From positions 53,012,001-53,076,000 of the forward strand of contig CM052817.1 of the NCBI GenBank assembly GCA_028534125.1: a DNA stretch of 64,000 nucleotides. Direction: 5' to 3'. A model generated the notes under the pieces. It saw only the letters and a list, made by a program, of their open reading frames with translations. It was not told the DNA's origin and did not search any database. Below are positions 11,170-23,424 of this stretch, one piece after another. The stretch's first letter is position 1; every line of letters begins with the position of its first letter. A program made the translations under genes and the position numbers. The stretch is from Lama glama (Eukaryota).

Positions 11170-13130
11170 CCATTTTGTTTTTGTTTTTCGTTTTTCCTGT
11201 TATTTGGTTCCTAGGTGCCTTTTTCCTTCTTTCTTATAGGTTAATTTGAAAAGTAGTATTGTATTTTAATTACTCTATTGAATTTGAAGGTATATCTATT
11301 TGCTTTATTTTCAGTACTTGATCTGGGTATTATAATATGCATCATTAACTTATCAAATGTGCATAGACTTAATATTTTACTACCACACATAAAATGTAAG
11401 AACCTTTTAACAGTACAACTCAATTTACTGCCCTGTCCTTTGTGTAATTATTGTCACATATATTGTATTGACATATATTTAAAAACACAGTACAGGGTAA
11501 TGATTTTAATGATTTTTAGTCTCCCACATCCATTGCTCTTCATTTCTTCCAGGAGATCTGAGTTTCTACCTGTTTTTTTTTTTTTTTCTTCAGCCTGAAA
11601 AATTTCCTTTGGCTTATTTTGCAATATACAGACCTACTGGTTATGAATTCCTACAGTTAAGAGTTATATAAAAATGCTTTTATTTTGCCTTTATCTTTGA
11701 AATACTATTTTTCTGGATATAGAATGCAGAGTTGAATATTTTTTTTCCTTTCAGTTCACCACTTTGGAATATTTCATTCCTTTTACCTCTGATTTCCATT
11801 ATTTAGATAGAAGTCAGTCGTAATCACTAGTACCATTGCTCCCTTTAGGTAATATGATTTTTTCCTCTGCTTTCTGGCAGTAGTATGCATGCAATATTTT
11901 AATTGTTTTTTTAAAAATTATTTTCAGCAGTTTGACTGTAAGCTCAGATGTGTTTTCATTTGTCTGGTTGTTTTATTCCTGCTTGAAGTGGGCTAAGTTT
12001 CTTGAATCTATAAACTAATTTATTTTTAAGTTGACCTTGATAAATATTCAGCCAATATTTCTTAAAATATTTATTTGCCCCATTCTCTCATTCCTATCTT
12101 TCTGGGTCTTTTATTATATATATGTTAGAGGACTTGATATTGTCCCACATGTCACTGTAATTGTCTTCATATTTTTTCAATTATATTCTCTGAAGAAAAT
12201 TTTATTCTCAAATTCATTAACCCTGTCATCTGCACCTCCAATCTTCTGGTAAGCCAATCCAAGAAATGTACCATTTTAGTTATTATACTCTTCAGTTTTA
12301 GAATTCTGTTTCCCTATCTACCTACCTATATATCTATATTTTTCTTTTTTTCTCATAAGATTCTACATCTGCTATTAATGATGATATTTATATTTAAGTA
12401 GTTAGATGTGCACTTGATAAATTACTCTAACATCTTTGTCTTGAAATTCCAATACTTGAATCACCTCTATGCAGTTTTCTGTTAAGCTGTGCTGCCCTTT
12501 TCTAAGTTTTATATGCTTAGTATTTTTTTTTTAATTTTGGCCACAATAGTGTGAATAGTAGTATATTTGGTTTTCTTTCCCTTAAGTGTGTGGATTTTTC
12601 CTAAGCAGAAGTCATCTTGGCTGAACTTAAACTGCAAACTCAGTTTCCCCAGCAGTTGACAGCAGCTGAAATCTTCACTCAGTTTAAAATGTTGCTTTCC
12701 ACTAGCTCCTTGGATTCTCCACTATAAGAGCACAGTTTATGAGGTCAGCAAGAATTTGGAGCTTGTATAAATATTTAGGTTTCTCTGTCTGTAGCTCCTT
12801 CCCTTTTATCATTTTCATCTTCACCTTTCTGCTGCTCTGGTAACCCCAACTGTGAAATCTTGCTAATACTGCAGGACAACCATGGCATTCTGTTTGAGTT
12901 CCCAGCTCTCATTTCTGACACCTGTGGTTTAGGGAGCACTCTCAAGTAGGAATTCATATATATACTAATCTCAGTTTTCTTCTTTCATGGTATATTTCTC
13001 CCATAGTTTATGCCTATTTTCTTTTCTTTTCTCACAAATAACTACAAACAGCTGTTTTCCAAAATATTTCCCATCGTTTATAAGTGTCTAATAGAGCTTG
13101 GTCTGATACACCTACTTGTGTACTTTCAGA
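11170..13130 (-). mobile_element. Old L1 (L1ME-type) ORF1/5' region, antisense
   Basis: Long T-rich tract with L1 ORF1 antisense hallmarks ('cttttattttgcctttatctttgaaatactatttttctggatatagaatg', 'cttcagcctgaaaaatttccttt'). Confidence 0.65.
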
Positions 13131-13499
13131 AACTTTTAAAACAAACTAAGTTGTATATTATTAAGCAATTTTACAAAATACATAGACCAAACACATTTTT
13201 TTTTTTGCATGATAAGGTATAGTGACTTGGAAGCAGTTTATTTTGGTGATGGCAGTCATTTGTGTTCTTTCCTTCTGTCTAATTATATCAGATTATCAAA
13301 TTCCTAATAATTTTGCAGAATGCTTATTAGTCTGTGTAATTTGAGCTCAAAGCTATAGACAGCAGCATAACTACTAATGAAAATGTGAGGAAAGAATTCA
13401 CCCAGTATAAAAGAGAGGATCACTCTTTTTTTACCTAAGTGATCTCACCTTTGTCTAGTGACTAAATTATGCACTACAGTCTTAGGACTCTCACGTTTT

Positions 13500-14290
13500 T
13501 CCTTTGTGATTTATAACCATCTTAACACAATGGCTGTTTCTAACTTAGTGAATTCAAATCTAAGCATCTGAAACCCAACATGTCTAAAATTTAGCTCATC
13601 ATCTTTTCCCCAAACTCTCCTACTCTTGTGAACAAAGAAGAACAAAGGACGTTGTTCACCACCCAGTTCTACAAGGATTAAGTCATAATCCACTGCAGTC
13701 GCTGATTGACAGTGCATTCTGAGAGGAAATTAAAACAATAACAAGATAAAGCCCTCTGTGTTTTGGACAAGCAGGCCTCTTTGATAGTTAGATGTATATC
13801 TTAGGAGAAATTTTAATGACCCTAGATTCTTGGATCTTCCCATACATAGAAAATACTAAAATCATTAACTTGAGGTATCTATGTGACTAGCAGTGATCTT
13901 TTAACAAGGTGTATGCTTAACTGCACATATTTCCCAGCCAAAAACCATATATAATCTGGTTCTTCCTATACCTCTTCAGAGCAGTGTCCTCAGAGCTGAT
14001 GTGAGTGGTTGTCTCCCAGGCCATAGTCCTCATTAAGCCTCTGAATACAACTTAAACTCACAACTCATGTTGCATGGCTTTCTTTAAGTTGACACTTTAA
14101 TCTCTAAATTTTTTTCTGTCTACTTAGACACACTTGTATAATCACTGTCATCTTTTACCTGGCTTCTTCAAATAGTTTTCTTTCTAGTTCCTCTGCCTCC
14201 AACTTGCTTCTTTCTTATATTTGACCTGGATAATGCTCAGAAAGATCATTTTAAACCCTAAGTTTAATATATTACCTTCATTAAAAAAAA
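13500..14290 (+). mobile_element. L2 fragment split by an LTR insertion
   Basis: L2-like 'taagcatctgaaacccaacatgtctaaaatttagctcatcatcttttccccaaac' before 13627 and 'ctgtcatcttttacctgg...aatagttttctttctagttcctctgcctcc' after 14094. Confidence 0.6.
13627..14094 (+). mobile_element. ERV1-class solo LTR (MER39/MER41-related)
   Basis: TG...CA termini (tgtgaac...tttaagttgaca); near-TSD CTCT/CTTT; TATA-like 'catatataat' and 3' 'tctcccaggccatagtcctc'. Confidence 0.7.
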
Positions 14291-15265
14291 ACTATACAGA
14301 GGTATGTTTTACTTTGTGAAAACAAAAGTTTTCAGAGGTATTTTGAATTCTTAGTATAAGTTCTTATTGTATATATTTTCACTTAATATGAATATACATG
14401 AATTTTACTTAAACTGATGAAAATTGAACAAATCAGCTTTACTGACCAAGAGTTAGAAAAATCAAGAATATGATCAACAGCAGATATATTCAAAACCAAG
14501 TATTTGCTAGAATCAAATACAGGCACAGAGCTAGAATTGAGTAGTTAATTCCTGTTAGAATGAGTGTTCATTTGGAATATAATATCTCATAGACCATTTT
14601 ATCATTTGCCATATGTTATGTAATTACATAAATGTTGGTATATGCTGTGAATATGCTACAAATTAACACATTTCTTGTTTCTGGAAAGAAAATGAGAAAT
14701 TAATTTGGCAAATGTCAAGTTCAGTTCATGTCAAGATGCTTTTTGTGCCATGATCCATTATGAAAGATTAAGCAGATATGTTCTATGAAACAGATCAATT
14801 TGGGGGCAGCAGCTGTGGCTCACAGTTTTTCATTTGGCAGATTCATTCCACCTGACCAGAGAAATTGAGACGATGATGTTTTCATAGTATGAGTATGTTT
14901 TTGTTTCCTTTGCCCAGTTCAGTTGGAGTTGGTAAAGGAAAATAATATTTTGTTGTACTATGATATCATTGGTTGAAAATAGTAATGACAGTAGTTTTAT
15001 TCTTTTACCAATAATTAGAAAATAAGTACAGATTAGAACTTCAGACCCCTACAGTTTATTTTAATGTAGCTTGGAATATCTATAAATATCATTAATTGTT
15101 CTGAGCAAAATATAACTTTAAATGATGTTTTAAGTCCACAATAAAGATGGATATCAGCAGTGAACATTGTATCCTTTTGTAAACTACACATATTAAAATT
15201 GACTCCAGATGGTGGGTTGGGGGTTGAGAGTGCAAACAGGTTGTAGTACTCCATAGTTAGGAGGC

Positions 15266-15847
15266 TTTTTTTTTTTCAAGTATAGTCAGTTACAGTGTGT
15301 CAGTTTATTGTGTACAGCACAATATCCCAGGCATGCATATACATACATACATTTGTTTTCATTTTTTTTCATTAAAGGTTATTACAAGATATTCAATATA
15401 GTTCCCAGTGCTATATAGAAGAAATTTGTTTTTTTTAATCTATCTTTATATATAGTGGCTAACATTTGCAAATCTCAAACTCCCAAATTTATCCCTTTCT
15501 ACCTCTTTTCCCTGATAATCATAAGATTGTTTACTATGTCTGTGAGTTTGTTTCTGTTTTGTAGATAAGTTCATTAGTGTCTTTTTTTTTTTTTAGGTTC
15601 CACTATGAGTGATACCATATGGTATTTTTCTTTCTCTTTCTGGTTTACTTCACTTACAATGATGATCTCTAGGTCCATCCATGTTGTTGCAAATGGCATT
15701 ATTTTATTCTTTTTTATGGCTGAGTAGTATTCCATTATATAAATATACCACAACTTCTTTATCTAGTCATCTCTCAATGGACACTTAGGTTGCTTCCATT
15801 TCTTGGCTACTGTAAACAGTGCTGCTGTGAACATTGGAGTACATGTA
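15266..15847 (-). mobile_element. Relatively young 5'-truncated L1 (artiodactyl/camelid-type 3' end)
   Basis: T-run at 15266-15276 (poly-A tail on minus), 3' UTR, then well-preserved 'ggtccatccatgttgttgcaaatggcattattttattcttttttatggctgagtagtattccatt'. No convincing TSD. Confidence 0.9.
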
Positions 15848-16128
15848 ACCCATGAGGCATTATAAGTGTCTTGCTTCAATTCCTTGTTGAACAAAAATGT
15901 AACCCAAATTTTTCATCATTTTACACTTTCTCTCCATAGCTGTGTATTTGTCAGTGCTCTTCGATATAAAAGTACTTCTCATGAAAAAGGGCATTTTTAA
16001 AACATTTTTACCAGAAGCATATGTTTGAATAATAATTTTAATTTATATCTTGGAAAAATATGCAAACTTAAAAAAAAACACTTTGAATTATTCTGAATTC
16101 CTTTCTGACTTAAACATTTACATAACTT

Positions 16129-16247
16129 TTGTAAGCATAACATGTCATCAAGGCTTTCAACAACTTACTGTCTTGCCTGTGAGATACTTGTAAGCATAAC
16201 ATGTCATCAAGGCTTTCAACAACTTACTGTCTTGCCTGTGAGATACT
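16129..16247. repeat. Perfect 59-bp tandem duplication
   Basis: 16130-16188 is identical to 16189-16247 (tgtaagcataacatgtcatcaaggctttcaacaacttactgtcttgcctgtgagatact). Confidence 0.97.
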
Positions 16248-17601
16248 GTGTAACAACCTGAGAAACAAAATATAATGTTATAAATATAATATAGTGCAAG
16301 TCTATCTAGTTAATAACTTGTGTTTTTAATCTCTGTGAGGAAACTGACCTAATAGCATTCACTTCATTCTTTCTACTTGATTCACACGAAGGATATGCAG
16401 TGGTCTTCTAACATCCAGAACAACATGAACTTCATTTTGTTCTAAGTGGAAATAATTATTACTCCTTTTGTTATCCAGCATTGAATCATTTAACTCACAT
16501 AGTAACTTCAGACAGATCTAAAATCACATGTATAATTATCTCTAGTTCTTTATTTGAAAGTTTTTAAATGGAAGTTTTACTCAGTTAATTTTTACATAAA
16601 AGTTAAAGCACTATTAATATTATGGCAAATCAGCATAAATTCAAAGAATATTTGCACTAAATCTTTTATTCCAAATCATTTAAAAAAATTCCAGAGACCA
16701 AATCATCCTTGCATGAATTTAGTCTATATTTTAAAGCTCCAGTGATCCAGATAATCTCTTTGAGGAATTCATCCTGCTATTTCATGATCCAAAGACAACA
16801 CAACATTTCTCTTAAAGACTAATGTTTTTATAATAAAATTAAAAAAATAGAGAAACACCACATCTATTTACAAATATATATTAAGACCATAGTTTAATAC
16901 TTGCAGAAATATGCTCCAAATATGTCTATTGTTTTGATTTGAATGTTTAAATACATAAACTAATGCATTTGTCACTTAAATGGGAATAAGACAGTGGTGA
17001 GGTTTGGTATACTACTTTCTGTAAAATATTTGAGTGTCTGTGCAATGAATTCATGAAAATGAAAGGCTCCAGAGGCATAAAGATTGGCAATGATTTTTTT
17101 TCCCCAGGGGAAAAAGCATACACACTATTATGCCAAAAGAGAGCATGTAAGTTTATGTTTCTTCCTTCTTATACACAAAGCTAGTGAATCTATCTCTTGA
17201 GTAGATTGTTAATAATACTGCTGAGAATAAATCATCACCTTCAGAGCTCTGCATAGGTTCTAAATGCTGGATGCTTGACAATATATGAATGTTTAGAAAC
17301 AGGGCAACAGAGGGTGTGGTCCAAAATCAGAACATTCTCTGCATATTCAACTGCCTGTAGTGAAGCAAAAAAATTGAAAAACCTCAGAATTTGGCAGTAT
17401 GGGAAAAAAAGATTTATTGTAGCATTAAAAATGTCTTTAAGTTGTTTGCTTTGTATTAGAAAAGAACTTCTAAATTGTTTAAATTGTGTAAAATTGTAAT
17501 AAAATTATGGATTACCAGATTTCCAGTTTCTATATAGATTAGCTTAACCAAATAAATATTCTGAGCTATCAAAAGTAATTAAGAAAAATGTGAAACTTAA
17601 C

Positions 17602-18646
17602 TGTTCGTTAGGTTGGTTTTCCTAGGAAAGCAGCAACTTAGATGGAGATATGTGAGTGTACAGGTGACTACTTTCAGGACCAACATCTCTGAAGGTATTA
17701 AAATAAAAAAGGTAGAACTGGGAAAAATGAAAGTTGAACTGTGATGCAGACCCTGTCTCATGGAGAGTTCTGGACTGAAAACTCTCCTTGAATTTGTCCC
17801 ACCTTAAGTCAAGGAATCTGAACTTTGATACTGTTGCCGGAGGTTAGGTTCTTGTTTGGTCCCAGAAAGAATTCAGAGATAAGATATGGAGGTCAAGAAA
17901 GTAAAGTGAGGATTTATTAAGAGATAGATAGTTTGCTGTCAAGGGGAGGGTGAGCAGGCTCAGGTGAACAGCTGTGCTAAGTTTCTTTAGCAAGCTGGTT
18001 ACATAGAGTATAAAAATAAATAAGTGAAATATTCATTGGAGAGGAAGAGGTTTGGGGTTGTATTCCCTGATTTCCATCCCAGCTCCATCTTCCTGAGGGG
18101 AGGAGGGATTTTTGCCCTTATTTAGCCTTGATTGGAAGTGTAATGGAGTCCATGCATGATGGGTATTTCTAGTCTGCAAGGCTAATTTTATTTTAATGAG
18201 GGTGTTATGAACAAAGGTTACATTGGGATGCTGGAAATTCTTGCCTTTTCCCCAACTTTCTTTGCCTGCCCCCAGGACACTTGTGACAGCAAAATGTGTG
18301 ACTTCTTATCAGTTGGGAGATTCCAGCTTTTCTCTCTTTGCCCGCAGACTCCTGTTGTTCACAAGTTGTGTGATTTCCTGCCATTTGGCCTGTGCCCCAC
18401 TTTCTCCGCTCATATGTAGCTATCTGCATGCTCTAGCAATACCATACATGGACCAGTCATTGTATGCATGCTGCACCCTGGGGAGAGAGAAATGACCTTG
18501 GCTATGTGTATCTTTTCAACCAAGAACAATTCTCAGAGGAGGTCTCAGTTTATAACACAAAGCCAACAACACTCCCTGCAGAGGGAGGAATAAGCATCTC
18601 AATACAAAAAGGAGATCTGCCTTGGGCACTACAGTATCTGTTAAGA
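17602..18646 (-). mobile_element. LTR16A-like ERVL LTR interrupted by a younger LTR
   Basis: 'aagttgaactgtgatgcag...ggagagttctgga' (17602-17831) resumes as 'gaccagtcattgtatgcatgctgcaccctgggg...gaccttgg...aacactccctgcag...ggagatctg' (18443-18646). Confidence 0.75.
17832..18438 (-). mobile_element. Young ERV1-class solo LTR (607 bp), family not identified
   Basis: TGTTG...TAGCA termini, perfect 4-bp TSD ATAC (17828-17831 / 18439-18442); TTTATT near 17913 gives AATAAA on the minus strand. Confidence 0.85.
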
Positions 18647-19967
18647 ACAGCCCCTTGCAACGTTCAAGTCCATTTCCTTGAGTTATGGGAACTGATTGGA
18701 CTAGGATACTGGTTAGATTCTTTCTGAGGAGACTTCAAAGTGTAAGATATATAGGAGAAATTACCCTCATCCCTGCAGCTGTTCTCAAAATGGCAGTTCA
18801 TACCTATCACCTCTGCTCCACCCATTGGACACTGATCCTTGGCTACCACCTCTCCGGGTCTGTGTTAGTTACACAGGGCTGCAGTAACACATTGCTGCAA
18901 ATTTGGTGGCTTATAATAACAAGAATTTATTCTTTCATAGTTGTAGAGGCTGCAAGTCTGAAATCAAGGGGTTTGCAAGGTCAGCGTACCTCCACATATT
19001 CTAGGGGAAAATCTTCCTGGCTTTTTTCAGATTCTGGTGGCTCCTGGCATTCTGGAGCAAACACTAAGCAAGCTCTGAGGAAATGGTGCTAGATGAGGCC
19101 CTATAGGTAGAAAAGTAAACTTGTATGTTGAATATATGTCTCATTCACAGTCAAGATACATCACTATCCCATCCAGGTGGAAAGAATCAATGTAAACAAC
19201 TTGTCACCAAGTGGTTCCTGGAAGTTTTTGAGAGATGGTATCATAGTGAGGGCTCAGCATTTGTCCCTGTTAATGGAAAGTAGGACACTGTGCAGTCTCA
19301 GTAACTGGATTACCCTTGAATGAGACCATGCTCTTGGGCCCATAAATATTCTCCATCCATGATACCATGGCTACTCTGCTTATGAGTACACTGTGCCATT
19401 TGTGTAAGGGGCTGATAACAGAGGCTGTCTGATGCCAACTGGCCAAGACATTATGTTCTCTTGTCTGTCTCCTATAATGGGTGTTAATGTGCAATGCCAA
19501 GATCATACTTTGTATATATACTTTTTCATATATCCATCTGCATGCTTCCTGCCTCGACCTCTTAGTCACCAAACTTCCATCTTTTCTCTTTTCAGGCCAT
19601 TGATCAACTTGCCAAACTATTCACCAATGACTATGAATCAGGGTGTAGTCTTACCTCAGGTCACTTCTTTTTCTACACAATATGATGACCACATCCTCTG
19701 CTTCAAACTGTGCCTACTAGGAGGATTTTTTTTTTTTATTCACTGGTCTTTCAGGCACACAATGACTCAAGCTGTTATGCAATAGCAGTCCTTTAAAAAA
19801 ATATCCGTATCCATGTAATAATCCAACTCATGTATGAATCAAAACCACCCTTTTCCTTCCTCTGTCAACTGATTGTGAAGAAGTCCTTCATGTGACCATG
19901 AATGTGAGCTGAGAGAGAACCACTGGCAAAACTGTAGCGGATGGCATGGTGTACTGGACACCTTGCT
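18647..19967 (-). mobile_element. ERVL internal region (ERV3-16A3-like) with RNase H/integrase relic
   Basis: Minus-strand frames read AQCPTFH*QGQMLSPHYDTI, TW*QVVYID and LHINTH, matching ERV-L pol motifs CPTCQQQRPTLSPRYGTI / TWWQVDYIG / SHVNAH. Directly abuts the LTR16-like LTR. Confidence 0.8.
18861..19052 (-). mobile_element. MLT1A-C type LTR fragment inside the ERVL internal region
   Basis: 'tgtgttagttacacagggctgcagtaacacattgctgcaaatttggtggctta...tagaggctgcaagtctgaaatcaagg'. Confidence 0.75.
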
Positions 19968-20180
19968 ATTAGGAAATAGAGTCTTCCATGGATTTCTCAT
20001 GCTCCTACATGCCTTCTTGGGTGTGTCAGGAATTCAAGGTCATGACCACTTCTGGGCCATTTCTCTGGAAGGTTGAGGTAACGTTTCTCCCAGAACAAGA
20101 ACTAGACTTGCTTTAAAAGAGGTATGCTTCCCAAAGTCAATCTTTCTCAGTTGTGATGCTGCACAATATGCACAGCATGC
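19968..20180 (+). mobile_element. LTR40-like ERVL LTR fragment
   Basis: 'tcttccatggatttctcatgctcctacatgccttcttgggtgtgtcaggaattcaaggtcatgaccac...gggccatttctc...tgaggtaacgtttctcc'. Confidence 0.55.
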
Positions 20181-20599
20181 CAGAAGTTTCCCGAGGCTTT
20201 TCTGATTCATTAGGATATATAGAAACTAGCAAGTTGTGGAATCAATGAATCTTAACAGCAGAAATTCAAGTAGATGCTCTCCAAGGGTTCTCTGATTAAT
20301 ACGTATATTTACCTCAAACAGAAAAGCAGAAACCTGTGTGGATTCATTCCATAATAAAGAAGAAATTTCTTCTAACTGTCATTATAATGAAGCTTGGTAA
20401 CTGTCTCTATAATGGAGTTGATTTCTGCAGGTTATACTGCCTTTTATTTTTCCATAATCATGTATCAACCTTTTCTTCAAATCTTATACATTCTCTAAGA
20501 AGTGCTACAAATTTTCTTCCCAGATATATATATATATATATCTCCACAACTTTAAATAAAGATGACAAATAATAAAATTTGGACTAATACTACTAATGG

Positions 20600-20946
20600 A
20601 AGAAAAATTCAATGTAAAAAGAAGCAAATGACAACAAGACACTAGCAGAAGACATCAGTAGTAAATGAATAAATAGAGAGTACCTGTTGGATGTGTTCAT
20701 TCATATAAAATTCTAGAAAATGCAGACTTATATAGCAAAGAAATAGTCAACAACAGATCAGTGGTTGCTTGGAAATGGGAAGGGATGAGGGAGAGGCAAG
20801 AGGACAGAGAAAATTTTGGAGGATGATGTTTCTTGTGTTGATTGTATTGGTGGTTTCAGAGATCTATTTGCATCTACATCTATATGTTACTACTCAATGT
20901 ATGCACTTTATTTTTGACAATTTACCTCAATACTGATGCTTAAAAA
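20600..20946 (+). mobile_element. Old L1 (L1MD/ME) 3' UTR
   Basis: 'cattcatataaaattctagaaaatgcagact...cagatcagtggttgcttgg...aaattttggaggatgatg...caatttacctcaata'. Confidence 0.7.
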
Positions 20947-22756
20947 TGAAAATTTAAAAATGCAACTTAAACCTCAAGTTTTTTCTAGCTGGACACTTTT
21001 TTTTTCTTTTTCGTAAATCAAGTGATAATGAGAAATGTCAAGGATAATACTATCTTGCTACTGAAGTTAAAGAAGTACTGGGGAGATGAGTTCAGCTTCA
21101 TTCTAGATGCTTAATGAAGAACTAATGAGAATACATCTCAGGACAGTATGTAGATACAGGACACAGAGCAAATGCTGATAAATATAACTAAGAAAGAGCA
21201 GTGTAATACTTGAAGTTCAACCTGAAACTATTAATTCATTAATGGATAATACTAACTTGATCCACCCAAACTAAGTTTTGAATAAGCTCTAACAGCTGGG
21301 ATAGATTTACAAAATGACAAAGAAAGTGCATATACATGAAAGACTGGTAATTTAATTTTTTGTAAAATTTAATTTTTATTCCATGCCAGGAAATGTTTTA
21401 GGCATTGGAGATAGCATTAAAGAGACAAAGATTGTGATCTTATGGAACTTAAATAATAACATCATTTTTTATTATATTCCATGTAACAAGAGAGATATAT
21501 TTCATTAATAAGTACACTTGCTATCAAGTATTTCCCTATTTTGCCTCTGTACATAATTTGTATATTAGAAATAAATATGCATATTTAAGATTTATAGTTC
21601 ATCACTATTAGACCATTAATATCATTTTGTAATACAACTCAGTACATAAAGAAAATACATTTTGGTAACATTTTGTACTATTTGAAGAAGATCTCACTTA
21701 AAGTACTATAGTTTTATAGATAACTGAAAGGACTGGTTTTGAAATTACTTGTATGCTGACATGTGACTGACCTTTCATACCAGTGTGGTGTCTTTTACAT
21801 TACAAAGAATAGTCAGTTAGGCCTGTCTGATTTTCTTTTTTTCTTCCATGATGCTTGCATTCTAAAATCTTAATTATATCTTAATCATCATATTGTCTTC
21901 TTCTGATTTATATTTCATATAATCTTTAGCAAGTTAGTTCTAAAATAAAAATACAAAGCAAAAAAAAAAAACACCTTAACATGGACATATTGGCTTTTAT
22001 AGATACAATATTATTTCTGTGCCTGTATGACATATTCTATTTCCTACTACTTTGTGATAAATATTATCTTGTTTAGCTCTTATTTCTATAGATACATGTT
22101 CACCTCAATAGTTTGTTTTCTTCACTATTTTCACGTATATTTCCCAGGAAATATTGTTAACTACAGGACATAGCATTTTCTTTTATTTCTATATATCATT
22201 TCCACAAATACTTTTTAAAAAGTAGGACATACAGTGAAGGAGGAAATTTGTTACCTGCTTTCCTGTAACGTACTAGCGCTTCCTATCTCACCTTTCTTTT
22301 GTGTTATGCTGAGAATAGTGTAACCGAATCCCTCCTGCGGTTGTGAACTCCATCCATATTGAAAAGGTAATGAAAAACTGCCTCCTTGATCACTTTTAAG
22401 GTTTTCTATGAGTAAACGTTTCCTTCTGTTTTTATTCTATAAAAATTACTTTTAATGCAAATACTCATCCTTTGGAAATTAAATGTAGTGTGTTTGCCTG
22501 AAAATATTCCATATAGGGATGGTGGTTATGAATATTATTCATTGGTCCTTTATCCCTGGACTAGCTGCTTGTAATTGATTGTGAGCTACAATTAGTGAAT
22601 GCTGTCGATATCCTCACATTATAGAGAGTTCTGTATGAAGCATAGTAATGTGTTTGGCCTGTCTACCAAGATGTAAATATTGAGGAATTTTTCTTTTATT
22701 TCTCTTTTTAAGACTGATCAGTAATAATGTGTCTTCTCTTATAAAACATGCAGTCA

Positions 22757-23233
22757 TGTGGCAGATTGCAAAAATGACCACCAATCTTTGTATTCCACTT
22801 TTGCAATGTCACTTTGCAGCAACTTACATAAACTGGTAGAGTCTATGCTTTTACCACTTGAATCTGGTTAGACCATGTGATTTGCTTTAGCCAGTGGGAC
22901 AATAAAAAAATATGATGGGTGAATAGCCTTGGCTTATTCTTTGGAGTTTGCACACTTCTGATCCTCAGACTCCCCCACCACTGTGTAAAGTAGCCCTCAT
23001 TAGCTTGCTGGAGGATGAGAGTCAGTGGAGGAAGGCACCAGGTGCTTTTGATCGTCTCAGTGTCTTCAGTTGAGGTGCCAGAGAATAACTGAGCTGAGCC
23101 CAGATTAGCAGAATCATTCGATCAAGCCCAGACAAAATTATACAATTAAAGATTCATAGGCTAACAAAGTGATTGTTGTTTTAAGGTGTTAGTTTTAGGG
23201 GTATTTTCTTAGGCAGCAAATGCTAACTGAATC
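22757..23233 (+). mobile_element. MaLR solo LTR (MLT1G/H-like)
   Basis: Starts 'tgtggcagattgcaaaaatgaccacc', contains 'cttgaatctgg...ccatgtgatttgctttagcca', ends 'ttgttgttttaag...gcagcaaatgctaactga'. Confidence 0.75.
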
Positions 23234-23424
23234 TGTAATTAAAGTGAATTAATTTAAAACCTGCACACAAGGTCTGTAATAATGATAAATAGTGACTTTT
23301 CCAGGATTTCTTTACTATTGACTATAATATTATGTGTTTATAATCACATAAAAATCCAGGATAAATGGAACATTATAAGATTAAGATACCAAAGAAAACC
23401 AAGAACTATAAGTTAGAGAGACAT

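Noticed and set aside
14821..14900. Candidate small exon after 'tttttcatttggcag'
   Set aside because: All three frames hit stops within ~50 nt and the donors are weak.
15255..15862. TSD for the minus-strand L1
   Set aside because: Only GAGGC is shared and it does not abut the truncation point; too short to assert.
16129..16247. CRISPR-like repeat
   Set aside because: Only two abutting 59-bp copies with no spacers, in mammalian DNA with no cas genes.
18685..19785. ORFs of 135, 100 and 117 aa
   Set aside because: Frames across the ERVL internal relic and an MLT1 fragment; the pol frame carries stops and frameshifts.
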